Of a stretch of 64,000 nucleotides of DNA, positions 25,190 to 39,394 are shown piece after piece; position 1 is the stretch's first letter; every line of letters begins with the position of its first letter. The translations under genes were made by a program, and so were the position numbers. Origin of the DNA: the human T2T-CHM13v2.0 reference genome, Homo sapiens; the NCBI RefSeq assembly GCF_009914755.1, contig NC_060926.1. One strand, 5' to 3'. The notes beneath the pieces are model-generated. The model saw nothing but the letters and a program-made list of their open reading frames with translations, had not been told where the DNA came from and ran no database searches.

Positions 25190-25678
25190 CTTGGGGCTCA
25201 GGTGCAGCTTCTCTGGAACCTGAATTCCTGGAGAGCAGGTGAGGGTGAGACCTTGGGAAAGACCAGGACATTGAAGCCTCTCTCTTATTGAGGGCAACTG
25301 CTACTTGGTGCATGTCCCTGCCTTGCACAATCAATGCCATTTTCCTCTTTTACTCTTTAGCAGTAAGTAGGGACATCACCGTAACTCAGATGCCAGCCTC
25401 CTGTCTCATATCCAGAAGAGAGAATGTCCATCTCCTAAGAAGCAAATGGCCAAGTACATGAAGAAATCACTTGGATCTGGATAAAACTGGACACAGATTT
25501 GTACACATTATATCACATCTCCAATGTGGTCCAGGGCATCTCAGCCTGGTTCAGCAGCAGAGGAAGTGGATTCAACTACATCAGCATCAGTGGGCTGCAG
25601 CCTGTGGTTCTGGGGCGTATTAATGATGCTTGAGTTAAGAATGGCCAAATTACTGTGGTGTAGCCTGTGCACACACCC
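25190..25678 (+). pseudogene. Highly decayed complete V-kappa relic, head-to-head with the IGKV1 gene
   Basis: 49-nt leader-like exon (xGAQVQLLWNLNSWRA/)GTGAGG; acceptor tttag at 25360, 11-nt L-part2, then DITVTQMPAS...GISAWFSSRGSG...ISGLQP; decayed RSS tactgtg at 25651; paralog at 55224-55543. Confidence 0.7.
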
Positions 25679-26898
25679 TCATGCTGCCTATTCATAGGCT
25701 TGGGTTTTAAGGGAAATATCTTGTGTAGAGGGAAAAGTTTCTTTTGCCCTCTAAACGTTTGCTGAAAATATAGAAAAAAAGACAAATTATACTAGAAACA
25801 GGCAAATACATTTATTTTGCATGCTTGGAAAAAAATCACAGAAGAGGGATTACCCAGATAACTCAGTGAGGTCTAGGTGCTTATATATCCTTCACAGGGG
25901 AGAGGGAAGTGGGGAGTGTCGGCAACCTAGGGAGAGTAAATGACTCAAGAAAAGAAATGGATCCTCAAAAGAATACGTAAAACCCTGCCTGGATGAAGTC
26001 AACTTCAAATTTCTTCTGGATTTAATTTCTAGTGCATGTTAATATTCTCTGGTAGAAAAACATTCCCAGAGAGGGTTTTAATGACAATTGGCTTGTTTCT
26101 GGAGGATCTGCCTTTAGGAAGATAAGGGCGATTTAGGAAAAGCCCTTTTGTGCATTTGCTCTTTTCTAAACAACTTCAGTTTGAAGTAGTCGCCCTACCA
26201 ATGTAGCTTATCTTGAGATGTTACTTCCCAGATTCCTTCAGTTGCAACTGACCTGCCAGGAAACACCATTCTAGAGGGATACAGCTCCAGGTGGAAAGTA
26301 CAGGTGCTTTTTTCTAAATGGTTGGAGCAGTCCCTCTCTGCATCCCATGCCTTTCCCTTTCATTGCGATTCTGCTGATTCCCCATGGCCATCTCTGCCCC
26401 TCACTGCTCTCTCTGAGAAAGGCAGCTCTGCCTGCACGCATGGCAGACCACGGGGCTTAGAATGAGCCTTCCCTTGGATGGTGCCATGATTTCACTGTGT
26501 CCCCTCAAGTCTATCTGCTGTTAACTTAATCCCCAATGCAAGAGAATTGAGAGGTGGGGTCTAATGGGAAGTGTTCAATCATGAGGGCTCTGCCCTTATG
26601 AATGTATTAATGCTACTATAAACAGAGCTTGTGTTATGGATCCACAAGGTATTTGACTGACTTTGTGCAGCAAAACCGGTTATCCATACTGAGTTTGCAG
26701 CAGAAGACAGGAAGGCAGGGCAGCTAGCAAAGAGGACCAGGCATCTAATGCTTAAGTCTTGACCTCCCTTATGCCTTACAGGTAAGGGTTTTTAAAAGCA
26801 GGGGTAAACTTCAGTAAATCAGAAGTTATAGACAAAATTGTAAATCAATAAATACATAGATAGAGGTCATGTAAGATATTACTAGTCAGGTGTCAATT

Positions 26899-27172
26899 TC
26901 AAATCAAATTCTTCATCTTGGAGTACTTACCCAAAAAGCTGGTAGAGACCAGATTACCAGGAGAACCTCAGCCCGATGACATTGAAGTTAGCCAAATGTC
27001 AAAAATCTGTTAAGATCCTGATTTTAGAATTCACCAGCTCCTCAGAAGTTTGGTGAAATATGAGTTATTCAGACTACACTCAGATCAAGTTAGCAGCTAG
27101 TCTGGTGTGACAACCTGTTTTTAATCAATGACTCAAAGCTGTGATCACCCTGATGTCAAATCAAATTCTTCA
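26899..27172. other. 240-bp insert flanked by 17-bp perfect direct repeat (possible tailless retrocopy)
   Basis: tcaaatcaaattcttca at 26899-26915 and 27156-27172. Confidence 0.55.
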
Positions 27173-27235
27173 ATATTTATTCTACATCTAACAAGTACAT
27201 CACTAAAGACAGTGAGGTTTCATGCACGTTGCTTC

Positions 27236-27586
27236 TGTTACCAGTGCATGGTGGCCAGGTTCTTGGCATTTTGAGCAAAGAATTGGACAAAATGCACAAA
27301 CAAAGCAAGGAAGGGATTTATTGAAAATGAAAGTACACTCCACAGTGTGGGAGAGGGCCTGAGTATAGGGGCTCAAGGGCCCCATTACAGAATTTTTTGG
27401 GGTTTAAATACCCTCTAGAGGATTCCATTGGTTACTTGGTATATGCCCCATGTAAATGAAGAGGAGGGAGTAAAGTTACAAAGTCATTTACTTGGTGTAA
27501 GCCCTATGGAGAGAATATTTCCTATCATAGCTGAAGTGTGAATCGGCCGTATGTTCCCTGCCTCCAGACCCTATTTTCTTGCCTCA
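27236..27586 (-). mobile_element. MER51A-like ERV1 solo LTR
   Basis: - strand begins tgaggcaagaaaatagggtctggaggcagggaacatacggccgattcacac and ends taaca; imperfect TSD cttc/tttc. Confidence 0.8.
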
Positions 27587-28334
27587 TTTCCATCATAGAA
27601 ACTTCTACCTATCTTTTGCTGCATAGCATGAGAAAGATAAGCAAGATGACAATTGACTATAACACTCTTGTTCTGGGTTGTCCTGGAGCCCCATTTGTGT
27701 TATTGTCAACTCTTGGTATCCTAAGACTATGGCCACAGGTCTGAGTTCTAAGTTCCTTCTCACACCCACAGCCTTTCCCAGGAATCACTTTGGCTTCCTT
27801 CGTGCTGGGACCCAACCTCTTGCCACCCTCCCTGGAATCCAGCACTAACTACTTGGAAGCTTTTCTAAGAACCATTATTAGTTCATTGATTTTCAGTAGG
27901 CTGGAATTTCAATGCTTTCCAGGACAAAAAAGAGAGTGGTGATTCATGTGTCCCTGGGGTCATTAAGATGTTGTGGAACTTGTGGTTACCCAAGAACCTC
28001 TTACATTGGATGAGATGGGCTTATATATGACATGTGAAAATGAACCCATATTATTACTAAATATAATTTGATGGGACTGCAGAAAAAAGTTCATTTGTGG
28101 TTAATTAGTTGAAATGAGATTATGCTTTATAGATTATTTAGTAAATTTTTGGTAGAGAAAATCTCACATATACATATACATCCACAAACCATAACACATA
28201 TATTGTATGTACACTCACAAATCATATATGAACTATTTAATGAATTTTCAGCGTGAACACACCTGAATGACCACCAACCATACCATGAAACATAACATTG
28301 GCAGTCCCCAAGTACCCACCTCCCTTCTTATAGT

Positions 28335-29500
28335 CCTGGGCAGAGAGCCCCCAAATCACACAGGTACCCTGTGCCCTCCTTTGAAACTGTTCCACTCTCA
28401 AGACCCTGGCATGCTGGGCCTATGATGGGAGTGGCAGCCTGGTAAATTTTCTTCAGGATCATTCTTACATTGTCTTCATGAATAGCATCTGCAGTTCTTA
28501 AATCCCTATGATTCTCTTTATCAAATGTTCACTTGGCCACATCCTTGATGTTCTCCCTCAGACAAGCTTTTTCATTCTTTATAATCTGGCCAGGCTGAGA
28601 GATTTTCAAAACTTTAAGTTCTGCTTCCCTTTTAATTATAAATTGTGTCTTTAATTCATCTCTTTATTCTCACCTTTTATTGTAAGCAGTCAAGAGAAGC
28701 CATGCTGCTTAGAGATTTCTTCTGCCAAACGTCCCACTTCATCACTCTTAGGTTCTGCCTTCCACAAAACACTGGGACACAAACACAATTCTGCCAAATT
28801 CTTTACCACTTTATGACAAGAAATGTCTTTCCACTAGTTTCCAATAGCATGTTCCTCATTCCCCTCCATTCCTCAAAATAATGTCCTTTATTGTCCATAT
28901 TTCTGCCAACATTCTCTTCGCAACCATTAGACAGTCTCTAAGGAGACTGAGGCTTTCTCTACAGCTCTGCTCTTCCTCTAAGCCCTCACCAGAGTCACCC
29001 TTTGTGGTCTGTTCGTGGCAATACAGGCTTTGACAGCGCACACTTCCAAACTCTTCCAGCCTCTACCCATAGCCATTTCTACATTAGGGGTTGTGTAGGG
29101 GTTGTGAGAGCAGCACCCCACTTCTCAGTAGCAATTCCTGTCTTAGCCAATTCTTGCTGCTATAGCAAAATACTTAGACTGGGTAATTTACAAACAATAG
29201 AATTTTATTTCTCATAGTTCTGGAGATGAGAAGTCCAAGATCAAGGTACTGGAATATTTGGTGTCTGGTGAGGGCCTATTCCTCATAGATGCTCCCTTCT
29301 CTGCAGCCTCAGGTGGAAGAAATGCAAAAAATAATCTAGCAAGCTTTCTTGTGCACTTTTATTAGGGCACTTCTCTCATTCACGAAGCGAGACCCCCTCA
29401 TGAACTAATTATCTCTTGAAGGCCCAACTCTTAATATTGCTTTAAGGATTAAGTTTCAACATGAAATTTGGAAGAACACAAACATTCAGGTCATAACTAC
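28335..29500 (-). mobile_element. MaLR (MST/MLT1A-like) internal fragment plus LTR, paralog of 16390-17450
   Basis: Same junction gtagcaattcc|tgtcttagcc at ~29139; LTR continues to ...aaacattcaggtcataac. Confidence 0.75.
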
Positions 29501-29927
29501 TTTCTCTGTAACATAATTTGCAATTTTCTCTGTACATAATCTTTTTATTTATGAATCATGATAGTTTTAATTCTTTCTTTTCACTTCTCATTTTTTTGTT
29601 TTTTTGTTGTTGTTGCCTTGTTGCATGAAGCATGAGAAGTATGTCTTTTTAAGCACTCACTCTTATGAGTCTGATCAAATGTTGTTGACAATAAAATTGG
29701 TCTAAAAGCCTGCTGTGCAACTAAGTCTGAGAAAAATTTGGGAATTAAAATAAAGGAATCAAAATTAAGAAACATTAAAATAAAATAAGTTCAGAGTAAA
29801 TTACTCCTCAGAACTTCAAAGTTTCCAAATAAAGGCAAAGATACTACAACTGAGGGGCCACTAAAGCAGCTACTCATGAAGGAAGCAGCTTGTTTGAGGG
29901 AAAAAAAAGTACCTATGGTGTTTTGAA

Positions 29928-30500
29928 AGGTTTTGTTTTATGTTGAATAACTGTGAAATTCCAACTACTATACAGATAAGAGTAATCAAGTGCAAAATCT
30001 TCAGGTTCCAGGTTACTGTTGGTGAGAGTAAAGTACATCCCAGATTCACAGCTACTGAGCCCCACTGGGATGTCAGTGGCCCTGGTGAATGCACCATGCT
30101 TGAGCAGCTGGGGATCCTGCCCAGGTTTCTGCTGGTCAGTCAGAGCAGCCAGTGCTCTGAATGATCCTGCAGATGAGGGAGGCTCTTTGCCCTGGAGACA
30201 AAGACAGAGAGGTGGGAGATTGGTCAACGTAATTTCTCCAGTATTCTGACATTGGAATAAAACAAACAAGTCACCTATATAAGCTGCATCAAACCCAGTG
30301 TCTTCCCAGTACAGCCAGAATCACTGCTACACTGAATTTTAATTAGGATCCTTGCTCAGCAGTGGTGCCAGGTCAGAGGAACCCACAAGGTTGAGAGAGT
30401 TTCACTGATATGCAGCACCATTTCCTTCTCCCCTCACCATGTCCCCCTCATTTGACACCCAGAGTAACAAGAGACAGAGAGGCTGAGCTGGGGCTTCCGT
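29928..30500 (-). pseudogene. IGKV3OR2-5: IGKV3-subgroup orphon pseudogene
   Basis: Leader (ACG)EAPAQPLCLLLLWVS with start codon ACG and donor AT instead of GT. V exon from 30245 (EITLT...[23 protein letters not shown]...[14 protein letters not shown]) is frameshifted. RSS cacagtt/attcaacataaa/acaaaacct. CTTTGCAT promoter variant at 30594-30601. Confidence 0.88.
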
Positions 30501-30813
30501 GGTTCCCTATGGGTCCTAACTGAGCAGCTCTTCCCCTGAGCTCTTATCCAGGCATTGATAAGGGTTCTGATCAGCAGGGCAACCGGGAGGGACATGCAAA
30601 GCAGCTGGGGCAGGCACTGGGCTTCCAGCTGCAGAGACCACCTGCCTCCTCCTGTCTGCACTGAGCAGCCCCTGCCCAGGTGGTCAGGTCGGGAAAGGCC
30701 ATTGGCTCAGCCTGAGGGTAGAGCTTCCCTGTGGCTACAGAATTTAATCCCTGTCCTCCTGCCTCACCAGTCACCTACACTCAGCCAGATGGTGTTTTGC
30801 ACAAGCATGTTGA

Positions 30814-31164
<351 letters not shown>

Positions 31165-31231
31165 TGACCAGCCCAACCACATTCTCCTCGCCCTTAGATC
31201 CAGAAGCAGCAGTTTTCCTGGACCCTCCAAG

Positions 31232-31280
31232 ATGCGCTTCCTGGCCCTGCTCGTCTGCCTCCTGGTGCTGGGCTTTCAAG
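31232..31280 (+). pseudogene. Orphan Ig-type leader exon MRFLALLVCLLVLGFQ/G
   Basis: ccaagATG...caag|gtgagt; 49 nt, phase 1, hydrophobic signal peptide; ATGCAAAT at 31099-31106 upstream. Confidence 0.7.
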
Positions 31281-31920
31281 GTGAGTACATTTCCCACTGC
31301 AGACCATGCAGGGGCCTTAACCCTGGACACAGCGATAATGACCTCAGTGAGTTTTGGAAATTACATTGTGACGTGGTGAGGTGTTTTGCCTAACTCTCAG
31401 TAGGAAACTGAGGCACAGGTGTCCAGGGCTAACCAGGAGGCAGAGGTGTCCACAGCCGTGAATCTGTTATCAGCCACCCTGAGGACCACAGAGTCTCTGT
31501 CTATAAGATTTTAAGACAAAAAAAATGTGTCTTGCCACCAAAAAAAGGTCTTTTTTTTTTTAAAAAGTGCTTCTTGTTAGAAACACGCATGGGCAATTCT
31601 GAACAATATCAGATAAATATCAGATGAAATACTTCTTCCTACTGACCATTTCCACTGCTCACCATCCCCCAATGTCTCTTTATGTCACTAACCGCTTTAC
31701 CTACATTTAGCCATTGGTGCTGGTGGTTGCTTGGCACCTGGGTCTCCACTCTGTGACCTCTACTAATAGGTTAGATGAGTTTACACTCCAAGCGGGAGGT
31801 GAAAGCTGCAAGGTCTGAGCTCTTGGGCACAGACTTCCTTTTACCACATTCTACTGGCCAAAACAAGGCCAGAGCCCAGCCTAGATCCAAGACATGGGGA
31901 AGTAGGTCCTCCATGGGAGA

Positions 31921-32018
31921 ACCATCAGCAAGCCGGAGCCTGAAGATTTGGCACTTTATCACTTTATCAGTATAGCAGTGTGTGTCCCACAACGTTCATT
32001 CAGCATGAAACAAAACCT
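31921..32018 (+). pseudogene. IGKV3-type 3' relic; its 5' side abuts an MLT1-like fragment (~31710-31920)
   Basis: acc atc agc aag ccg gag cct gaa gat ttg gca ctt tat cac...cacaacgttc attcagcatgaa acaaaacct. Confidence 0.72.
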
Positions 32019-32313
32019 TTCCAAACACCATAGGTATTTTTTTTTTCTTTTGATCAAGCCAGCTGCTGCTTTTGTGGACAACTGCTTTGGTGACCCCTGG
32101 GTTTTTAACATTATTACCTCTCTTTGAAAATTTGGAAGTCGTAAGGAGTAAATTGCCGCAAACATTTTATTGTGATTCTTGATTTTTTCCTCAGACTCAG
32201 CTGCACAGCCAGGTTTCAGAACAATTTTATTGCCAACAACATTTGATCAGACTCACAGGTGTGGATGCTTGAAAAATATACTTCTCATGCCTCATGCAAC
32301 AAGGAAATATCTC

Positions 32314-33374
32314 ATTCTCCCCTTATAAATGAGATGAGCACCCTTATCAAAGTGCACAAAAAAGCCTGCTAGATTATTTTTTACATTTCTTCCATGTGAG
32401 GATGCAGAGAAGGGAGCATCTACAAGGAATAGGCCCTCACCAGACACCAAATATTCTAGTGCCTTGATATTGAACTTCCATCTCCAGACCTATGAGAAAT
32501 AAAATTCTAACGTTTTTAAATTTCCCAGTCTAAGTATTTTGTTATAGCAGCAAGAATGGACTAAGACAGGAATTGCTACTAAGAAGTGTGGTGCTGCTGT
32601 CACAACTCCTAAAATGTGGAAGTGGCTATGGGTAGATGATGGAAGAGTTTGGAAGTGTGCGCTGGCAAAGCCTGTATTGCCACGAACAGACCACAAAGGG
32701 TGACTCTGGTGAGGGCTTAGAGGAAGAGCAGAGCTGTAGAGAAAGCCTCAGTCTCCTTAGAGACTGTCTAATGGATGAGAAGAGAATGTTGGCAGAAATA
32801 TGGACAATAAAGGGCATTACTTTGGGGAATAGAGGTGAATGAGGAACACGCTACTGGAAAGTAGGGGAAAGACATTTCTTGTCATAAAGTGGTAAAGAAC
32901 TTGGCAGAATTGTGTTTGTGTCCCAGTGTTTTGTAGAAGGCAGAACCTAAGAGTGATGAAATGGAATGTTTGGCAGAATAAATCTCTAAGCAAAGTGTTG
33001 AGGGTGCAACACGGCTTCTCTTGACTGCTTACCATAAAAGGTGACAAGAGAGATATGAATTAAAGAAAATCAAAAGGAAAGCAGAACTTAAAGACTGGAA
33101 AATTTCTCAGTCTCGCCAGATCGTGAAGAATGAAAAAGCTTTTTTGAGGGAGTACAACCAAGGATGTGGCCAAGTGAACTTTTGATACAGAAAATAGTGG
33201 GCATGTAAGGATGCCAGATACTATTCATCAAGACAATGAAGAATGTCCCTGAAGGCATTTAGGAGATTTATCAGGCTACCACTCCCATCACAGGCCTAGC
33301 ATGCCAGGGTCTTGAGAGTGGAATGGTTTCAAAGGAGGGCACAGGGCACCAGTGTGAATTTAGGGCTCTCTGGC
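32314..33374 (+). mobile_element. MaLR internal/LTR fragment (mirror)
   Basis: Mirror of 16390-17450. Confidence 0.75.
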
Positions 33375-34372
33375 CAGGACTATAAGAAGGGAGATGGGTA
33401 ATTGTGGACTGCCGATGTTCTGTTTCATGGTATGTTTGGTGGTCACCCATGTGTGTTCAGTCTGAAAAGTCATTAAGTTGTGCACTTATGACTTGTAAAT
33501 GTACATACTATGAATATGTTATGTTTTTTATATGTGGGATTTACCCTACAAAAATATTAAATAAATTAATCTATAAAAGCATAATGTCATTTCAACTAAT
33601 CAACTTCAAATGAATTTTTTAAAGATCTCATCAAATTATATTTCATAATATCATAGATTCATTTTCACATGTTAGGTATAAGTCCATCTCACCACATATA
33701 AGAGGTTCCACGTACAAGTTTCACAAAGTCTAAATGACCTCAGGGACACATGAATCACCACCCTGTCTTTCTGGTACTGCAAAAAATTGAAATTCCTATG
33801 TACTGAAAATGAATCGTACTTAACAATGATTCTTAGTGCCTCTAAATTTATGAAACAAATTAGGTAATATTCACAGAACAAGAACAATTTGCTTCAAAGT
33901 ATTTTCTACCCCCAAGACTGCACTGAAGCCTCTGGCAATTTTACTCATTGAAAGGTGAAACTAAAACATAGTCTTTTTCCTACTTGCTATATCATTCATA
34001 GAAATGAGATGAGTAAAATTCAAGTAGATACGTGATGAGAGTTGTTCATCGTCATTCACCTTGAAGAAGAGCCTCACGGAGAATTCTGGTGACCCCATTT
34101 AAAGACAAACCTGTCAGTCACTAGTTCTAAAGTTGGATCATATCAATATTTGCAAACCTTTTCTCAGAACAATGGGTCCCAGGCACACCCAATAAATAGA
34201 TCTTTTGCATACAGTCTTCATGTTTCTTGCCCAACTTCTCTTTGCTCTTAGAATCTTACGGTTAAAATGAGCCTCTTTCTGGTGATATAATTGATACACC
34301 ATATGTTTCCTCAATTTAAATTGAACAATTTAATTGTGTTAGTATATTCACAGAGTTATGCAATAATCACAT

Positions 34373-34815
34373 TGTGAAAGGAAAATAACCATGGGGCCCA
34401 AAAATCACTAAGCTGAAGGGATTAGTCAAGCTGGGAAATTCTTAGGGCCAATCTGCCTCCCATTCTATTCAAATCATCCCTCTGCTCACTGAGATTAATT
34501 CATATCTTATTGCCTCTTTGGAAGCGCTAATCAGAAATTCAAAAGAATGCAACTGTTTGTCTTACCTACCTCTGACCTGGAAGCCCCTTCCCTGCTTGAG
34601 TTGTCCCGCCTTTCTGGACGGAACCAATATACATCTTACATATATTGACTGACGTCTCATGTCTCCCTATAATGTGTAAAACCAAGCTGTGCCTCAACTA
34701 CCTTGGGTACATGTCATTAGGACCAGAGGTTGTGTCACAGGCTCATTTCCTTAACCTTGGGAAAAAAAAACTTTCTAAATTAACTGAGACTTGTCTCAGA
34801 TATTCGGGGTTTATA
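34373..34815 (+). mobile_element. MER4A-type solo LTR (mirror)
   Basis: tgtgaaaggaaaataacc...; mirror of 14949-15391. Confidence 0.85.
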
Positions 34816-36033
34816 ACATGAATCACTTACAGAACGTTTCCATCAGCCTTAAGAAACCCTGTGCCTATTAGAAGTCACTTGGATTTTGCCCAACTCCTCA
34901 GGCAAACAAGAGTCTACTTTCTACATTTTTAAAATTTGCCTCTTGTGGACATTTCTCATAAATACATTCAGACTACATGTAGTCTTTTGTGACTGGCTTA
35001 GTTCACCGACCAAAAGGTATGCCGAGTATTTCTATGTTGTCATGTCTGTGAGTACTTAATTTCTTTTTATGACCTAATAATATTCTATTGCATATACATA
35101 CCATATTTTGCTTTTCCATGTATCAGTTAATGGATATTTGGTTTTTTTCTAGTTTTTGTCTCTTTGAGTATCACTGCTACGGGCATTCATACACTTTTTT
35201 GTGTAGACAAACGTTTTCATTTGGGGGTGTATAATCCTATAAGTGGAATTGCTGGATTATATGGCAATTGCATGTTTTACCATTTGAGAAACTGCCAGAC
35301 CGTTTCCCAAAGTGGCCGTAACATTAGCCTGTGTAATAAGAAGAAAGAATCTCTTAGTGAATGAGTATTGAGAACAGCTGAAATATTTGAGGGTGTAAAA
35401 AATAAATCTGAGGTAGCTCAGAGACGCTCATTCATTACTCTTTTAATTTTTCCCGCTCTTCATAAATGAGGGTCTCCAATTTCTGCCTTGTAGATGCCAA
35501 CTCACTCCCAGAGTTATTGAGAGGACGGTACAGGCTGAGAACCACACGGGGAAGTTGGGTCACAGAAGGAGGAATTTGCTCAAGACACAAGCTAGGAAAA
35601 ACAAAACAAAATTAAAATGGGGAGCTGAATAAGGAAAAATGAGAACTTCCTGTGGGAGGAACAAGAAATTGAGAAGGAATGCCTTGTCTTTATGCTGTGT
35701 GCCTATCTTTAGGTTTCTGGGCTCCTAAACTTCTGGACAAGAACCCCCAATTTGAAGTTACTGGGACACTAATGTCTACTCCTTTTACTAGTTAACTGTT
35801 TCATTGGCTGTCGAAACTCCTCACATAAAGTAGAAGAACCTCAAGAAGGCAGATTTTTTTTTATGCCTGGTTGAATAAATCCCATGAATCTCATATAACA
35901 GGAAAAAATATTTTATTAATAAACAACCACTGTGAGTGAGTTCTAACCAAAACAAAGGGAAAATATACGAAGGATCAAAATGCAAAGAAAATACGTTTTG
36001 CACGCGCATCTACAGTCTTAAAGTAAACACAGG

Positions 36034-36200
36034 AAGTTGCCTTCAGGCCTGTGTCTCTGTTTCAGGAAACTCATCCTCCTGCTGAGAGGAAGACGTTGCA
36101 GCCTCCTCAGCCTCCATGGTGTTGATGGTGACAGTGAAATGAGTTCCAGATCCAGGGAGATGGAACCAGGTTGGGACCCCAAGACCAGGGTGGAAGCCCT
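36034..36200 (-). pseudogene. Ancient V-kappa relic (mirror)
   Basis: Mirror of 13564-13730. Confidence 0.78.
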
Positions 36201-37186
36201 TAACATCCTTACCATGTCTTGTGAGATATTTATTTACTGCCCTTCACAAATTGAGTTTAAAATATTTGCATTTTATTTTCCGCCAACTGTTCTGCTGTCA
36301 GACAGCATTTTTTATCATGGGGGAGAGAGAGCAATTAGTCCCTCCTGAACATCTGGTCAGTGGTTAGTCTGATGAGAGGAGTTTTGTTAAGAGAATATTA
36401 GTGCTTCAGTTGTCCTGATTTAACATGGATTCTCTTCCCTTGGGGAGTGAATACAGGTTTTACTCAGGCCTTCACAACAGTGTGGAATCCAGAAGTGTTG
36501 GTATTAATGCCACTGTGGTGTTTTTTATGATTTTGTTTTCACACTTTGTGTTTTTGTTTTACTCATATTTTAATATAGTTTATTTTATTTGTCTTAAATT
36601 TTCCTTTAAAGATAATCACGAAGAAAATGATATATGCATACTTTAATTTTATTAAGCCTACATGAATCTACAATTCTGTATTTCCAAAGTCAAGAAAAAA
36701 TTGGTGATTAATTTTCACCATATACTTAATTAGCGTAACAGCAAAACTGCTCCTTTTATTGTCTTCACCCTGACTCTGCTTTATGTTTTTGCATAAGGAA
36801 TGTTATCATTCTTATTTAGATTTTTTAGATTATAATTATGTGGTATCATATTACATACCTTATATTTCAAGAATTATTCCTATACAGTGACTTGCATTTG
36901 TAAGTGAATTTTCAACTGACTTAGATTCTTGGTTTAATCATTTCTACTAATCAAGCAAGATTCCTTCCAGCAAGATTGTTTTGTTTTGTTTTGTTTGTTA
37001 CATTTCCTGGTTTGTTATAAAGCATGCAACTCAGGAAGTGCCTAACTGAAGAGATGCATATGGCAAGATGACGGGGTAGGTTGAGACGGGGTGAGATGGT
37101 GCAAAGCTTCCATGTCCTCTCTAGGCAGCCACCTGCCAGCACTTCAATGTGTTTACCAAACCCAAAGGTTTTACTAACAGCCTTTT

Positions 37187-37507
37187 ATTTTTATTTTTTT
37201 ATTTATTATTTTTATTTTTATTCTTGAGATGGAGTCTTGCTCTGTCTCCCAGGCTGGAGCACAGTGGCACCATCTTGGCTCACTGCAACCTTGACCTCCT
37301 GGGTTCAAACGATTCTCCTGCCTCAGCCTCCTAAGTAGCTGGGACTACAGGCACCCACCACCAAGACCGGCTAATTTTTGTATTTTTAGTAGAGACGGGA
37401 TTTCACCATGTTGGCCAGGCTGGTCTCAAACTCCTGGCCTCAAGTGATGCACCTGCCTTGGCCTCCCAAAGTGCTGGGATTACAGGTGTGAGCCACTGCT
37501 CCCAGCC
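37187..37507 (-). mobile_element. Alu (mirror)
   Basis: Mirror of 12257-12577. Confidence 0.93.
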
Positions 37508-39023
37508 ACCAACAGCCTTTTAAAATCACAAGGCACAGCTTCCTTTACTGGAGCATGCTGCTTAAACTCTTGATGAATCAAAATAAATCTTTCAAGATTT
37601 TCTATTTTTTTACATGGTCATGAAATTTATGTTGGTGTGTATTTTCAAAATTGCACATTTCCTTCATATTTGATCATTTCCTTAGTTCGCAAGCATGGGC
37701 ATAATGACTTTTTGTGGTTATGTAGCTATCACTACATTGTTCTCTGGGAACAGAGTTTGTAAACTACATTGCTGAAGCAAGCCTGATTTTTATCTCTGAA
37801 GAAAGAACCTCCCTTAGATTTTGGTTTTTTATTGGATCCTGATTTTTTAACATGTAAAAATCACCTGTGTGTTTGCTACCTAATTTTGCCTAGATTTCCG
37901 AGTCTGTTAAATTTGCACTCATGAATATATAACAGAGGCATAAATATTTTAAATTATGTTTCTCTTTATCACCCCTGTTCTAATGACTAGTATATAGGGA
38001 AATATTTCCTTATTGGGCTTGACTTTCAATCCTGTTTTTCTGTCTGTTTCACTCTTTCTTTTCTTTATTTAATCTCATATACCTCTACTTCATGAACTGA
38101 GACTGTTCTTCCAACTTTTATATTACTTATTTGCTCATTGGCAGGGCCAGTTCTGGTTGCTATGGTCCCGCCCCTTAGTTGCTTTTTTAAACAAGTACAT
38201 TTAGATTTTTATTTTCTCATGTATCAGCAGTGTTGATAGATTACCTTTTCACTCGTTACATCTGAGTGAAATGAGTATGAAGAAATATGTTCGTTCCATT
38301 TTCATCCGGGTCCTGATATTTTTTCTTCATTCTATTGATTACATAAAATATTTTGTAGAAATTTTCTTTGAAAATTGGCAGGGTATTTAATTTTGTTTTT
38401 TTCTCTCTAATCTTTTAAAAATCAAGCAATTACATTTGTTTATTTCAATTAATAATACTCAACAATGATAATCTGTTAATTATAACGTCTTGATCATGAC
38501 GCAGTTTCATCTATGGCTATTTGTTGTTTATTTATTCGAAACTCAGTCATTCATTTGGTGATTAGTAGCAATGTGATAAGCTCCTGTGACTCTAACTCAC
38601 AAAATGCAAGTTGGGGCAATAACTTATATCTCATTTGAGGTTATCCACAATCGCACATTCCTATCTCCTAATGCAGTTTATTTCTTTTATATGTATGTAT
38701 CAAATAACATTTTGTCATTTATTTCTTTAAAGCTACAAAAATATGTTAATGCAAACTAATTTATTAGTCTTTTCTTTCATGCTTAGTGCTTTGCATATTC
38801 TCTTCAAGAAATCTTTCCTACATGCATATTCATGAAATATCTTTTTATACTATTTTCTAAAAGCTTTCTTCTTTTGCCTTTCACATTTCAGTTTCTAATT
38901 TAGAGTTGATATTTGTATCAGTGTAGAAGTAAAATGAAGAGGTTAAGATTTATTTTGATGTAATATGGATATCTAATTGATCCAATATAATTCAGTTATT
39001 AGAATTTTTTTCTACTACATCAC

Positions 39024-39394
39024 TGCTATGGCCTGAATGTCTGCGTCACCTCCAAAGTTCCTGTTAAAACTGAATCTCAAGGCAACAGTATTAGAAAGTA
39101 GACCCTTTGGGAGGTGATTAGGTCATGAGGGCTCAGCACTGGTGAGTGAGATTCCTGTCTAATAAGGTGGCTTTACACAGACTTGCCACTTTTGCCTTTC
39201 CACCTCCAACATGTGACAACACAGCCACAGGGTGCAATCTTGGAAGCAGGAACAGTCCTCACCAGACACTGAGATTGCCAGCATGTTGACCTTGGAATTC
39301 ACAGCCTTTATAACCATGAAAAAAATAAATTTATGTTGTTTGTAATTATCCAATCTAAAGTGTTTATTTTTTTTTGTACAAATGGTTTGAGACA
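39024..39394 (+). mobile_element. MaLR LTR (mirror)
   Basis: tgctatggcctgaatgtctgcgtcacctccaaagttc...; mirror of 10370-10740. Confidence 0.75.
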
